DNA of 64,000 nt, from NCBI RefSeq assembly GCF_009914755.1, contig NC_060931.1; one strand, given 5' to 3'. The notes beneath the pieces were generated by a model. It did no database searches and was not told the origin of the DNA. It was given only the letters and a program-made list of their open reading frames with translations. This DNA is from the human T2T-CHM13v2.0 reference genome, Homo sapiens. How positions within the stretch are numbered: position 1 is the first letter of the stretch; every line of letters begins with the position of its first letter. Shown here piece after piece: positions 41,995 to 55,400 of this stretch. The position numbers and the translations under genes were made by a program.

Positions 41995-42193
41995 TTTGGT
42001 GTTTTAAAATGCCATTCTAGTGAGCCTTCAACTATTTCTTCTTTTATTCATTGTGCTGGCTACTCTGTTGATCCATTACTCTAAGAATTTTTATTGTGTT
42101 ATTTCTTTGATGATTTCCTCCTCTGTTCTCTCTTTCTGTTCAGACTTCCTGGAACCCATATTAATTAGAAATTACATCTTGGGGATTGATCCT

Positions 42194-42587
42194 TTTCTTA
42201 GTCTGCTGGAGCTGCCGTAGTAAAATGCTACAGGCTGAGTGGCTTAAACAATAGAACTTTATTTCTCATAGTTCTGGAGGCTGAGAAGTCCAAGATCAAG
42301 GTGCTGGTGAGGCAGGTTTTATTCTGAGTTCTCTTCTCTTAGCCAGTAGGCAGCTGCGACCTCACCGTGTGCTCACGTGACCTTTTCTTTGTGTGTATAT
42401 ATATAGAGAGAGAGATCTTTGACATACACTCTTCTTATGAGGATACCAGACCTACTGGATCAGGACTGTATCTTATGACCTGATTTAACCTTTATTACTT
42501 CCTTATAGGCACTATCTCTAAATACTGTCACATTGGGGATTAGAGCTTAAACATGAATTTTGGAGGGATATAATTCAGCCTGTAGCA
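42194..42587 (-). mobile_element. MLT1A/B-type MaLR LTR
   Basis: ggcttaaacaatagaactttatttctcatagttctggaggctgagaagtccaagatcaagg. Confidence 0.85.
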
Positions 42588-43059
42588 ATCTTCTAATCCA
42601 ATAACCTTTTCACTTCTATTCTCCCTCTTTTTGAATTTTTTCTTTATTCTAGGTGAGTTCCACTTTTACTGAATCATTTCGACATTTCTTGCCATCATGT
42701 TTTTTATTTCTAAGAGCTCTTATTCAATTTTTTGATTATTTTCCTTTATTTCACTGTTTTCTCATTGATAAATATATTTATCTTTCTGAAAATATGATAG
42801 ATTTTTTAAATCCTGCTACATGAATTACTTGTATTTTTTACTAAATGACTTTTTTTTTTTCTATTTACTTTGCACTTGGCCTCTCAAATTGGAGGCTTTT
42901 TCAAATATTTGGTGATCTTTGGCTATCCTTTGTCATATAAAAGTGAGGCACAAAAAAAATCTTAGAGAGAACGAGGCTTGTTGACCAAGTAGCAAGAAGA
43001 CTTTTTTATTGTGTGATCCCCAGATGTCAAAATTGATCTTTTCTCTGGGTCTGCTTAGT

Positions 43060-43831
<772 letters not shown>

Positions 43832-45029
43832 TTATTCAGATACTCAACATCCACTTGGTGAAGTATTGATAAATTGCTTCTTTTACTATTATTTTTTCTG
43901 ATGAAGTATGTTGACTAACTTAAGGAGAACTTAAGAAAAATTAGATGAAAACAAAAGGATTCCTCTGCCTGCTAAACTTTTTATTGTTGTAAGAAAGCAA
44001 CAAAAAACCACTGAATTCCTATTTTTCCATCATCCTATGTCTTCCTAAAGTCATCCTTAATTTCATCACAGCACCACTGATGAGGCAAAGCCAGGGTGGA
44101 AATGAAGGTGGCAGTAAGCTGAATTGTAACTTGGAACTGGCTGTGGCCAGCCTCCACGTGACCAATTTTGTAATTTATTATTAACTTTATGCAGCTACAC
44201 ACAAAAGGGAGTGAAGATTGCACAAGAGGCTCTGCTAATAGCAAAGTCTTTTAGGACCTAGAGCTGTGAACTACAAACAGTTTATCTTCAAGTGCCCAGG
44301 AAGTGATGGTAGAATTCAGGTTGCCTGACAGAAGCAATTTAGATTCTTCAGCAATAGAGGAGAGTTTGAATGTGAAGACATTCTCCTCTCAAACTTATAT
44401 CACCTTGAAGAGTGGACAAATCCCAAGCTTTACTGTTTCGGGCTACCAGGCACAAATGTGATTGCAAACCAGACAAAAGTGTCCCCACAAGTTCATGAGC
44501 AGATTTTAAAACCAACCTGTTTCTCTGCCTCTGGTTTCAAAGAAACTAATTGCTCAGGATGCACACAGATGGTGTCTGACTCATTGTTTCTTTCCTTCAT
44601 GTCACTGGATGTTAAATTAGTAATGGTAATAAACAACCACATATATTCACAGAGAAAAATGTATGAAGCTAAAATTAGAATCTTTGTCATGCAACATTGA
44701 TTTGTTCCAGAAGTTGGAGCTAGATTGGTCAGCAAGTGAATGTTTCAGCCTTGTCACTCCAAGTCTTTTTGAGCCCTGAGCACAGACAACCCTAGTGTCA
44801 TTGACCTTAATAAATGGAGAGTTGCTGAGAAAGCTTCTAGTCCACTGCCAGGCCTCCAGCTGTGGCCTTCCAGTACACACGCCCCTCCTCAGCTCAGACA
44901 ACTTAGTGCTCTATGCACTTGCTGCTGTGCAGGGGACCTCAACACCTCTAGAATGCAGTACAGAAGTTGCCATTTACATCTTTAAGGTCCTAGACATGTG
45001 GCAGCTTATTTGCTAACTGAAGTCGCCAC

Positions 45030-45220
45030 ACTGATCAGTCATTGGATGCAGGCCACCCTGGGAAAGGGTGTGACATTGGAGGAGGTAGGTTTCTGCAGAG
45101 GGGACAATCCATAAAGGGGCTGACAGTTGAAGGCTGTTGGCCCATGACATTCTCAGGAGCTGGGGCAATGAGGCTTCACTGATGGGGGAGCTGGGCAGTG
45201 CATCCTTGTGTCTAGCGCAC
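45030..45220 (-). mobile_element. LTR16/LTR33-like ERVL LTR fragment
   Basis: cagtcattgg...gggctgacagttgaaggctgt...ggggagctgggcagtgcatc. Confidence 0.55.
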
Positions 45221-47229
45221 GGCTACTTCAAGTCACTTTTCCCAGAAGACTCTTCTATCACAATTGAAACTTCTTCAAGTTTCTGCCTGAGATAAGCTTT
45301 CTCCATGGTTTTCAGACCAACATCACTTGCCCCAAACTCTCCACCCCTTCTCATGATCAGTCTCATTTTTTTCTCCACTTTATTTGATTTGTCACACTGT
45401 CTCATGGATATCTGTCCCTAGATGGGTAAGCTTACTTCTACATTTATGGTTATGTTCACTTAGTAGCTTTTCTCCACTGTTTACAATAGTCAGCTCTGTC
45501 TGTACAAAGAATCAGGCTCCAAATAATGAAATGTTGGCTGAACTTGTCCTACTTTTCAACTTCTGAACATGTAGAGTACACAGGGTTCCAAACTATAGTT
45601 TGCTCCCACAGAGTTGGCTTCCTTTGTGTTTTTCATGAACCAAACTCAATCTAATTTACTACAAAAAGTGTGTTCCTGTCAGTTCACTCCAGTCACATGA
45701 GAAATCGATTGGCCTTTCTAAGGGAGAAGAGGAATCATTTCCCAAAATGATAAGAGAAACAAAGCCAGCCAGGGTTAGAAGACTCCTTTTAAATCTCCTC
45801 CTCCTGAAAATAAATGAGAAGAAGAGTCGATAAACTCATTCCCCACATTCCACATAGTGGCCTCAGCAATATTATGCTTCACTGGGCAAAACAGCTTCGA
45901 AGTGCCTGCTTTTACCTAATAGCACCTAAGTGCACTCTGAGTGCCTTCATTTCAATGATTAATCAAGAAAAAACTCAATGATTAATCATTTCAATACTCT
46001 GTGGCTGCATTCCTTTGGTGCTCCATGTACAATAGGACAAATTAGGTAATAAACTTTCTGGCATTTATTCCATTCAATTGAATACTTCTCCACTTTTTTA
46101 GCTGTAATCTCTGACGTTATCTAGCATAAGTGGTCTGCATGGAAATTGTGATTTTTTTCCTAACCTAGTTTCTTTTCCAAGTAAAATTACATCCTTAAAG
46201 GTTCATCCACTCCTCACCAGGGCACTAGACAAAAACTCAGCCTTGATTTTCTCACCTTTGAACAAGTTGTTTTGTTACCTCCAGTTCCTGGTAAAATCCC
46301 CCTGCTGTTTGTTCATAAGGCTTCCACAGTACACATGAACAGAAAATGCACAGTACACATGAACAGAGACCCCAGAACAAAGTGAGATCCAAAGTGACTT
46401 GCAAGCAATGCTTGGGGAAGAGAAAAAGGGGAAGAGATATTTGAAAAGTTACATTAATAGAAGAGGGAGAATCAGATTGACATTTGGAACTTTTCTTTCT
46501 TAAGAAGATAATTACCACTAACTCTTCATCAAAGAGGCATCATTTTGAAATTTTTTTCTGGCTGCCAGGATTAGTTAATATGATAACACATACAGTTTCT
46601 TTCTCTCTCTCTCTCTCTGTCTCTTTCTTCCCTCCCTCCCTCTCTTTTTCAGTCTCTTGCAATCAAAAACATACTTGATCAACACATCCAGCTAGGGTTT
46701 AAGGTGTAGTGTGGAATAGGACAGCTGTTTTTCTCTGGGATGCTACTTGATGCGTGGAACACAAAACGGAGTGTGGTCACTTCTAATAAGCTATTTGACT
46801 TAGCAAAAGCTAATAATGAGAAAAAAAGATTTTGTTGTTTTTATTGTGGCTGTTATTCAGTCACTATAAGTTATCATATTATTATGTAGGGCCTTAAAAG
46901 TTATTGAGAATCTACGGACAATGAAAAAGACACCAAAAATGTAAAGTAGTTAAGTCATGTTCCTGCCCTTGAGAAATAAAACATAGATTTGGAAGAACTT
47001 GAGGTTGAAAGAAAATTTAACTGCTTTTTGGGGTTGGCAGGATCTTTAGAGATCGCTCACTTCAGTAGAGGAGAATGCAGCACTGAGAGCAAAAGTGACT
47101 TGTGGTTTGTTTAGAATCACTGAGCAGAAATGGAACCAGAAGTTGGATCTTCATATTCCTAGCTCACTGTACTTTTTATTACTCAAATTGCCTTCATGGT
47201 CTCCAGTGAGAGTCCATTCACCCTAAGAC

Positions 47230-47820
47230 AATTTTTTTCATCTATTTTCATTTAAATGTCAAGAAAAATATTTCAGACATACAGAAAAGTACCAAGAACA
47301 ATATACTGAGACTCATGTACCTACTCCCCAACTTAAATAAAATATTATAGTCATAATTAAAGCCCTTTTTATATCCATTGTTAATCCCTTTCCTCTATAT
47401 CCCCCCAAGATGTAATCAGTATCCTGAATTTGCTGTTTATCATTTCCATGAATATTTTAAACTTCACTACATATGTATATATTCACAAATAATATATTGT
47501 ATTACTTTGCATGTTTCAAAGCTTTATAAATGATGTCATACTGTAAATGGTATTCTGTGCCTTGCTTTTTTCACTCAACCTATTTTTGAGATTTATGGAT
47601 ATTAATATACGTATTCTAGTTCTGTGTTGTTGCTATATATTGAAAGAATATACAGGTATTTATTTTTCTGCTATTTTTTGTTCATTGACATGTAAATTGG
47701 TTCCAAGTTTTTCTCATTTCATGAACATTTGCATACTGTCACCTTGGACACACTGAGGATATATACTAGGAGCCAAGTTACTAGGTCACATAGTATGAGC
47801 ATCTTTAAATGTACTGGATT
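47230..47820 (-). mobile_element. L1ME-like 3' fragment
   Basis: ttcagacatacagaaaagt...tgccttgcttttttcactcaac. Confidence 0.7.
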
Positions 47821-47885
47821 CCAATGTCAGATCTAGAAACCTAGCTTCACTGGGTTTGGTCTTCTAAATCTATCTGCTTACTTGC

Positions 47886-48424
47886 TGTATTAGCCAGGGT
47901 TTCCCAGGGGAACAGAATAGAATATATCTATACATGAAAGGGAGTTTATCAGGGAGAATTGGCTCACACAACAGGCTGTCTGAAAGGTGGGGAAGAAAGA
48001 AGCCAGTAGTGGCTCAGACCAAGTCCAAAAGCCTCAAAAGCAGGGAAGTCAACAGTGCAGCCTTGGGTCTGTGGCCGAAAGCCCAAGAGCCCCTGGCAAA
48101 CCACTGATGTAAGTCCGAGACTCCAAAGGCCAAAGAGTCTGATATCCAAGGGCGGGAAGCATCTAGCACAGAAGAAACAAAAGCCAGAAGACTCAGCAAG
48201 CCAGCTTATCCCACCTTCTTCCACCTGCTTTGTTCTAGCCGAGCTGGCAGCTGGGTGGATGAGGCCCACCCACATTGAGGATGGGTCTTTCTCTCCCAGT
48301 CCACTGACTCAAATATCAATCTCCTCTGGCAACACCCTCACAGACACACCTAGAAACAATACTTTACCAGCTATCTAGGTTTCCTTCAGTCCAATCAAGC
48401 TGACACCTAATATTAACCATCACA
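47886..48424 (-). mobile_element. MLT2A/B ERVL solo LTR
   Basis: tgtattagccagggtttc...attaaccatcaca, with perfect 5-bp TSD CTTGC. Confidence 0.93.
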
Positions 48425-49157
48425 CTTGCCATATTGCTGACTTTTCAGCTAAGTGCAAGTTTGAGATTTTAATGATGGAAGAGCTTGACACACGTAGCTA
48501 CCTTTTGAAGACTGAAGATGCAGGGTTAGTTTGCCTACAGTTATCACTGGTTGGAAATGCAAGGAGACAGAAGTCTTTGTATTGAGCTGGTTAATTTCGA
48601 GGCTTATAGTGAGCTCCAAAGAGAGAATCAAAACATGTAGCTTTGAATGGGAGATTGTCCCTTTGTGTCATCCTGTGGACATGGTAGGGGATACAAGTAG
48701 AGCCAGCCTTCCAGGAAATGTAGTAAAGATCAACCATGTGATACAAGTTGGTTGGTGCTGCAAAGGTCCTGACAAAGTCTTGCCCTGTGGTTATTTCTGA
48801 AACGCCACCATTCGTTAATGCAGTCCTCCACTAAAATGCAAACAACTGGACAGGAGGGTTCAAGTAAATTATCAGTGTGTTATTTATTTAAATCTTAATA
48901 TGAAAGCAATAGTGGTGGTGGTGGTAGTGGGGGGTATGTGTAAAATCTCCTGAGGGAAATGGATAGCTACAGATGACAATGAACTGGGCTAAGTCTTTAA
49001 AGCCCATTTCAATTACCATCTTCTCTGTGAAGGATTCCCCAATGCCTCTGCCTGCATGTATTTTCCCTGTTCTGATCTCCCTCAGTATTTTATGTCTTTT
49101 CAGTAACAATTATCACACACACTGAATTTTATTTTAAATGTGCAAAATCAGGGATCC

Positions 49158-49636
49158 ATGTATAGTAGAGCAAATGTTTATTATTAGAAAAGAAACCACC
49201 CTCAAACTTTGTGGCTTAAAGCCACCATGTGTTTGCTCATAATTCTACAATTTGGTCAGGGCTCAGCAGGGCCAGTTCTTCTCAGCGCTAGGTGGTGTCA
49301 GCTATGATCCTTCATGTTTGTTGCACTCAGCTGACTGCTCACCTAGGGCTTGAATGTTCAAGGTGTCCTGTCATTTTCCAGGATTCTTCCCCACGCAGCC
49401 TCTTCAGCAGGAAAGCTGGATTTTAAGAGAGCAAAAGTGGAAGCTGCCAGGCCTGTGAAGAGCTGGGCCCAAACTGGCACAGTGTAACTTCTGCCTCATT
49501 CTGTTGGCCAAAGTAAACCACAAAACCAGCCTGATTTTAAGGAGAGGAAAGGCAGATTCTATGTCTTGATGGGGAAGGTAATATAAATGTACAGGAAGGA
49601 CTTGCTGGAAGGCATCTTTAGAGACAATATATCATG
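49158..49636 (-). mobile_element. Old MLT1 LTR
   Basis: ctcaaactttgtggcttaaa...gggctcagcagggc...cattctgttggccaaag. Confidence 0.7.
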
Positions 49637-49889
49637 CATAGTATTTTAGACATAATATTTGATTTCATGAATAGGTGAACAAAAGTGCCTGCCTGCCGGC
49701 TCTGGAGAGAGCAGCAGATCTCCCAGCACAGAGGACTGGTCAAAGAACTACCGAAGAAAACATTCCTTTGGGGCCACCAGTGAATGAAAATGTGAGTCTA
49801 GCTATCTCAGGTAGCACAGAACATAAATATAGAACCATCAGTGCACTGTGAAGAACTGCTCACTCAGCTGGCTTGACTGGGGCCTAGTG

Positions 49890-50330
49890 GCCACTCGAGC
49901 ATAGTCTGGTACTCACTGTTCACAAACATTTCCATCTTACTCTTTGCACAGTTACACTTATCACTCACTCTGAAATTAGGTATGGCTGTGTGATTTGACA
50001 CGACATCTGTCAAATCATGATATCTGTTACATCTAAACAGAAACTGTAGGTACCAATGTACAACTTGTCACATTGCCTTTTTTCTGCCCTGATGATGGTG
50101 GAAGTACCTGTTGAGATGGAGCATCTGTCAGTTTGGGTATCTGAGTGACTACAATGCAAAGAGCTCTGGAATGTGAGGTGCAGAGAATCACCCCAGGAGC
50201 TGGAGAACGAAGCTTGGGGCCAGGCAGCCAAAACCAAAGCCAATGCTTCACAGAGTGTGAGAAATAAACTTTTGTTGAACCACTATCATTTTAATTACCA
50301 TAGAATAATTACTTTATTAGTTTGCTAGTA
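49890..50330 (+). mobile_element. Old MLT1 LTR fragment
   Basis: gatggagcatctgtcagtttgggtatctgagtgactac...gtgtgagaaataaacttttgttg. Confidence 0.6.
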
Positions 50331-50362
50331 TTGCATGATATAGTACCATAAACTTAGTATGT

Positions 50363-50562
50363 GTATTAGTCCATTTTCACACTGCTGACAAAGACTTATT
50401 TGAGACTAGACAATTTACAAAAGAAAGAGGTTTAATTGGACTTACAGTTCCACGTGGCTGGGGAAGCCTCACAATCATGGTGGAAGGCAAGGAGGAGCAA
50501 GTTACATCTTAGGTGGGTGACAGCAGGCAAAGAGAGAGAGCTTGTGCAGGGAGACTCCCCCT
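50363..50562 (-). mobile_element. THE1A-like LTR, truncated (about half)
   Basis: Same sequence type as 28038-28373 but stops after cagggagactcccc. Confidence 0.85.
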
Positions 50563-51213
50563 TGTTCTTGAAAAAATAAAAACGGAAGCTCAGATTTGTA
50601 TGCAAGAATTATTTCAAGGTTATTTATAATAAAATGAAAATACATTTAATATTCAACCTTAAGAGGACTAGATAATAAACAAAACAGGTCTGTACTGTGG
50701 ACAGTTATATAGCCATTAAAAATGATATTTTTGGAGGTGGCCGGCAATATGGCCAAATAGGAACAGCTCCAGTCTGCAGCTCCCAGTGAGATCAATGCAG
50801 AAGGTGGATGATTTCTGCATTTCCAACTGAGGTACCCGGCTCATCTCACTGGGACTGGTTAGACAGTGGGTGCAGCCCATGGAGGGCGAGCCAAAACGGG
50901 GTGAGGCATAGCTGAAGAGGGGCGAGGCATTGCCTCACCAAGAAAGTGCAAGGGGTTGGGAAACTTCCTCCCCTAGCCAAGGGAAGCCTTGAGGGACCGT
51001 GCCATGAGGAATGGTGCATTCCAGCCCAGATACTATGCTTTTCCCATGGTCTTCGCAACCTGCAGACCAGGAGATTCCCTCAGATGCCTACACCACCAGG
51101 GCCCTGGGTTTCAAGCACAAAACTGGGCGGCTGAAGGGCAGACACTGAGCTAGCTGCCGGAGATTTTTTTTATACCCCAGTGGAACCTGGAATGCCAGTG
51201 AGACAGAACCGTT

Positions 51214-52125
51214 ATAAATGGGGAGTCGCTGAGAAACCTTCTAGTCCACGGCCAGGCCACCAGCTGTAGCCTTTCAGTACACATGCCCCTCCTCAGCTCA
51301 GACAAGTTAGTGCTCTATGCACTTGCTGCTGTGCAGAGGACCTCAACACTTCTAGAATGCAGTACAGAAGTTGCCATTTACATCTTTAAGGTCCTAGACA
51401 TGTGGCAGCTTATTTGCTAACTGAAGTCGCCACAGTGATCAGTCACTGGATGCAGGCCACCCTGGAAAAGGGTGTGACATTGGATGAGGTAGCTTTCTGC
51501 AGAGGGGACACTGGAGGCCATAAAGGCAATTTGAGTAATAAAAAGTACAGTGAGCTAGGAATATGAAGATCCAACTTCTGGTTCCATTTCTGCTCAGTGA
51601 TTCTAAACAAACCACAAGTCACTTTTGCTCTCACTGCTGCATTCTCCTCTACTGAAGTGAGAGATCTCTAAAGATCCTGCCAACCCCAAAAAGCAGTTAA
51701 ATTTTCCTTCAACCTCAACTTCTTCCAAATCCCATGTTATATTTCTCAAAGACAGGAACATGTTTTAACTACTTACATTTTTGGTGTCTTTTCCATTGTC
51801 TGTAGATTCTCAATAAATTTTAAGGCCCTACATAATAATATGATAGCTTATAGTGACTGAATAACAGCCACAATAAAAATAACAAAATCTTTTTCTCTCA
51901 TTATTAGCTTTTCCTAAGTCAAATAGCTTATTAGAAGTGATCACACTCAGTTTTGTGCTCCACGCATGAAGTAGCATCCCAGAAAAAAACTGCTGTCCTA
52001 TTCCACACTACACCTTAAACCCTAGCTGGATGTGTTGAACAAGTATGTTTTTGACTGCAAGAGACTGAAAAACAGAGGGAAGGAGGGAGGGAGGGAGAAG
52101 ACAGAGGAAACTCAGTAATTATGTT

Positions 52126-52185
<60 letters not shown>

Positions 52186-52442
52186 TCTCTCTCTCATGAG
52201 ACGGGGTGGAGAGTTTGGGGCAAATGATGTTGGTCTGAAAACTATGGAGAAAGTTTATCTCAGGCAGAAATGGGAAGAAGTTTGAGGCGTGATAGAAGAG
52301 TCTGCTGGGAAAAATGACTTGAAGTAGCCATGTGCTAGACACAAGGATGCACTGCCCAGCTCCCACATCAGTGAAGCCCCATTGCCCCAGCTCCTGAGAA
52401 TGTCATGGGCCAATAGCCTTCAACTGTCAGCCCCTTTAGGGA
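51214..52442. repeat. Rearranged local duplication of parts of 44810-47208
   Basis: 51214-51510 is 44810-45106 direct. 51509-52126 is the reverse complement of ~46584-47208. 52194-52442 is the reverse complement of ~45108-45357. Confidence 0.95.
52128..52195. repeat. (TC)n microsatellite, ~34 units
   Basis: Nearly pure TC run with one CC interruption. Confidence 0.98.
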
Positions 52443-55400
52443 GGTTTTTTTATACCCCAGTGGAACATGGAATGCCAGTGAGACAGAACCATTCACTCCC
52501 CTGGAAAGGGGGCTGAAGCTAGGGAGCCCAATGGTCTAGTTCAGCAGATCCCACGCCCATGGAGCCCAGCAAGCTAAGATCCACTGGCTTGAAATTCTCG
52601 CTGCCAGCCCAGCAGTCTGAAGTCAACCTGGGATGCTTGAGCTTGGCACGGGGAGGGGCATCTGCCATTACTGACGCTAGAGTAGGTGATTTTACCCTCA
52701 CAGTGTAAACAAAGCCACCAGGAAGTTCGAACTGGGCAGAGCCCAGCGCAGCTTGGCAAAGCTGCTGTAGCCAGACTGCCTCTCAAGATTCCTCCTCTCT
52801 GGGCAGGGCAACCCTGAAAGAAAGGCAGCAGTCCCTGTCAGGCGCTTATAGATCAAACTTCCATCTCCCTGGGACAGAGCACCTGGGGGAAGGGGTGGCT
52901 GTGGGTGCAGCTTCAGCAGACCTAAATGTTCCTGCCTGCTGGCTCTGAAGAGAGCAGCCAATCTTTCAGCACAGCATTCAAGCTCTTATCAGAGCCTCCC
53001 CAAGTGGCTCTGATCACACTGCCTCCCCAAGTGGGTCCCTGACCCCCGTGCATCCTGATAGGCAGATACCTCTCAGCAGGGGTTGACAGACACCTCATAC
53101 AGGAGATCTCTGGCTGGCATTTGCTGGGTGCCCCTCTGGGACGAAGCTTCCAGAGGAAGGAAAAGGAAGCAATTTTTGCTGTTCTGCAGCCTCCGCTGGT
53201 GATACCCAGGCAAACAGGGTCTGGAGTGGACCACCAGCAAACTCCAGCAGACCTGCAGCAGAGAGGCCTTACTGTTAGAAGGAAAACTAACCAACAGAAA
53301 GGAATAGCATCAACATCAACAAAAAGGATGTCCACACAAAAACCCCATCTGAAGGTCACCAACATCAAAGGTAGATAAATCAATGAAGATGAGGAAAAAC
53401 TAGCACAAAAAGGCTGAAAATTCCAAAAACCAGAACACCTCTTCTCCTCCAAAGTGTCACAACTCCTCACCAGCACGGGAACAAAACTGGACAGAGAATG
53501 AGTTTGACAAATTGACAGAAGCAGGCTTCAGAAGGTGGGTAATAACAAACTCCTCTAAGCTAAAGCAGCTTGTTCTAACCCAATACAAGGAAGCTAAGAA
53601 CCTTGAAAAAAGGTTAGACGAATTGCTAACTAGAATAACCAGTTTGGAGAAGGACATAAATGACCTGATGGAGCTGAAAAACACAGCACGAGAACGTTGT
53701 GAAGCATACACAAGTATCGATAGCCGAATCAATCAAGCAAAAGAAAGGACATCAGACACTGCAGATCAACTTAATGAAATAAAGTGTGAAGGCAAGGTTA
53801 GAGAAAAAAGAATGAAAAGGAACGAACAAAGCCTCCAAGAAATATGCGAATATGTGAAAAGACCAAACCTACATTTGATTGGTGTATGTGAAAGTGACGG
53901 GGACAATGGAACCAAGTTGGAAAACACTCTTCGGGATATTATCCAGGAGAACTTCCCCAACCTAGAAAGACAGGCCAACATTTCAATTCAGGAAATACAG
54001 AGAATACCACAAAGATACTCCTCAAAAAGAGCAACCCCAAGATACAGAATCATCAGATTCACCAAGGTTGAAATGAAGAAAAAATGTTAATGGCAGCCAG
54101 AGAGAAAGGTTGGGTTATCCACAAAGGGAAGCCCATAAGACTAACAACAAAGATCAAAAGAGACAAAGAAGGCCATTACATAATGGTAAAGAGACCAATG
54201 CAACAAGAAGAGCTAACTATCCCACCCAATATGTATATATATATGCACCCAATACAGGAGCAGCCAGATTCATAAAGCAAGTTCTGAGAGACCTACAAAG
54301 AGACTTAGACTCCCACAAAATAATAGTGGGAGACTTTAACACCCCACTGTCAATATTGGATAGATCAATGGGACGGAAAATTAACAAGAATATTCAGGAC
54401 TTGAACTCAGCTCTGGACCAAGCAAACCTAATAGACATCTACAGAACTCTCCACCCCAAATCAACAGAATATACATTCTTCTCAGCACCACATCACACTT
54501 ATTCTAAAATTGACCACATAATTGGAAGTAAAACACTCCTTAGCAAACGCAAAACAGCAGAAATCATAACAAACAGTCTCTCAAACCACAGTGCAATCAA
54601 ATTAGAACTCAGGATTAAGAAATTCACTCAAAACCACACAACCACATGGAAACTGAACAACCTACTCCTGAATGACTGCTGGGTAAATAGTGAAATTAAG
54701 GCAGAAATGAACAAGTTCTTTGAAACCAATGAGACCCAAGACACAGCATACCAGAATCTCTGGGACACAGCTAAAGCAGTGTTTAGAGGGAAATTTATAG
54801 CACTAAATGCCCACAGGAGAAAGCAGGAAAGATCTAAAATCCACACCCTAACACCACAATTAAAAGAACTAGAGAAGCAAGAGCAAACAAATTCAAAACC
54901 TAGCAGACGACAATAAATAACTAAGATTAGAACAGAACTGACGGAGATAGAGACACACACACACACACAAAAATCCTTTAAGAAATCAATGAATCCAGGA
55001 GCTGGTTTTTAGAAAAGATTAATAAAATAGATAGACTGCTAGCCAGACTAATAAAGAAGAAAAGAGAGAAGAATCAAATAGACACAATAAAATATGATAA
55101 AGGGGATATCACCAATGATCACACAGAAATACAAACTACCATCAGAGAATACCATAAACACCTCTATGCAAATAAACTAAAAAATTTAGAAGAAATGGAT
55201 AAATTCCTGGACACATACACCCTCCCAAGACTAAACCAGGAAGAAGTCGAATCCCTGAAGAGACCAGTATCAAGTTCTGAAATTGAGGCAGTAATTAATA
55301 GCCTACCAACCAAGAAAAGCCCTGGGCCAGGCAGATTCACAGCCAAATTCTACTAGAGGTACCAAGAGGAGCTGGTACCATTACTTCTGAAACTATTCCA

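Noticed and set aside
45358-46583. Segment missing from the 51-52 kb copy read as a spliced intron
   Set aside because: No GT-AG boundaries on either strand at the breakpoints, and a (TC)n filler occupies the junction.
52922-53476. 184-aa minus-strand ORF
   Set aside because: Antisense frame of the L1 5'UTR/ORF1 start, with no evidence of a host gene.
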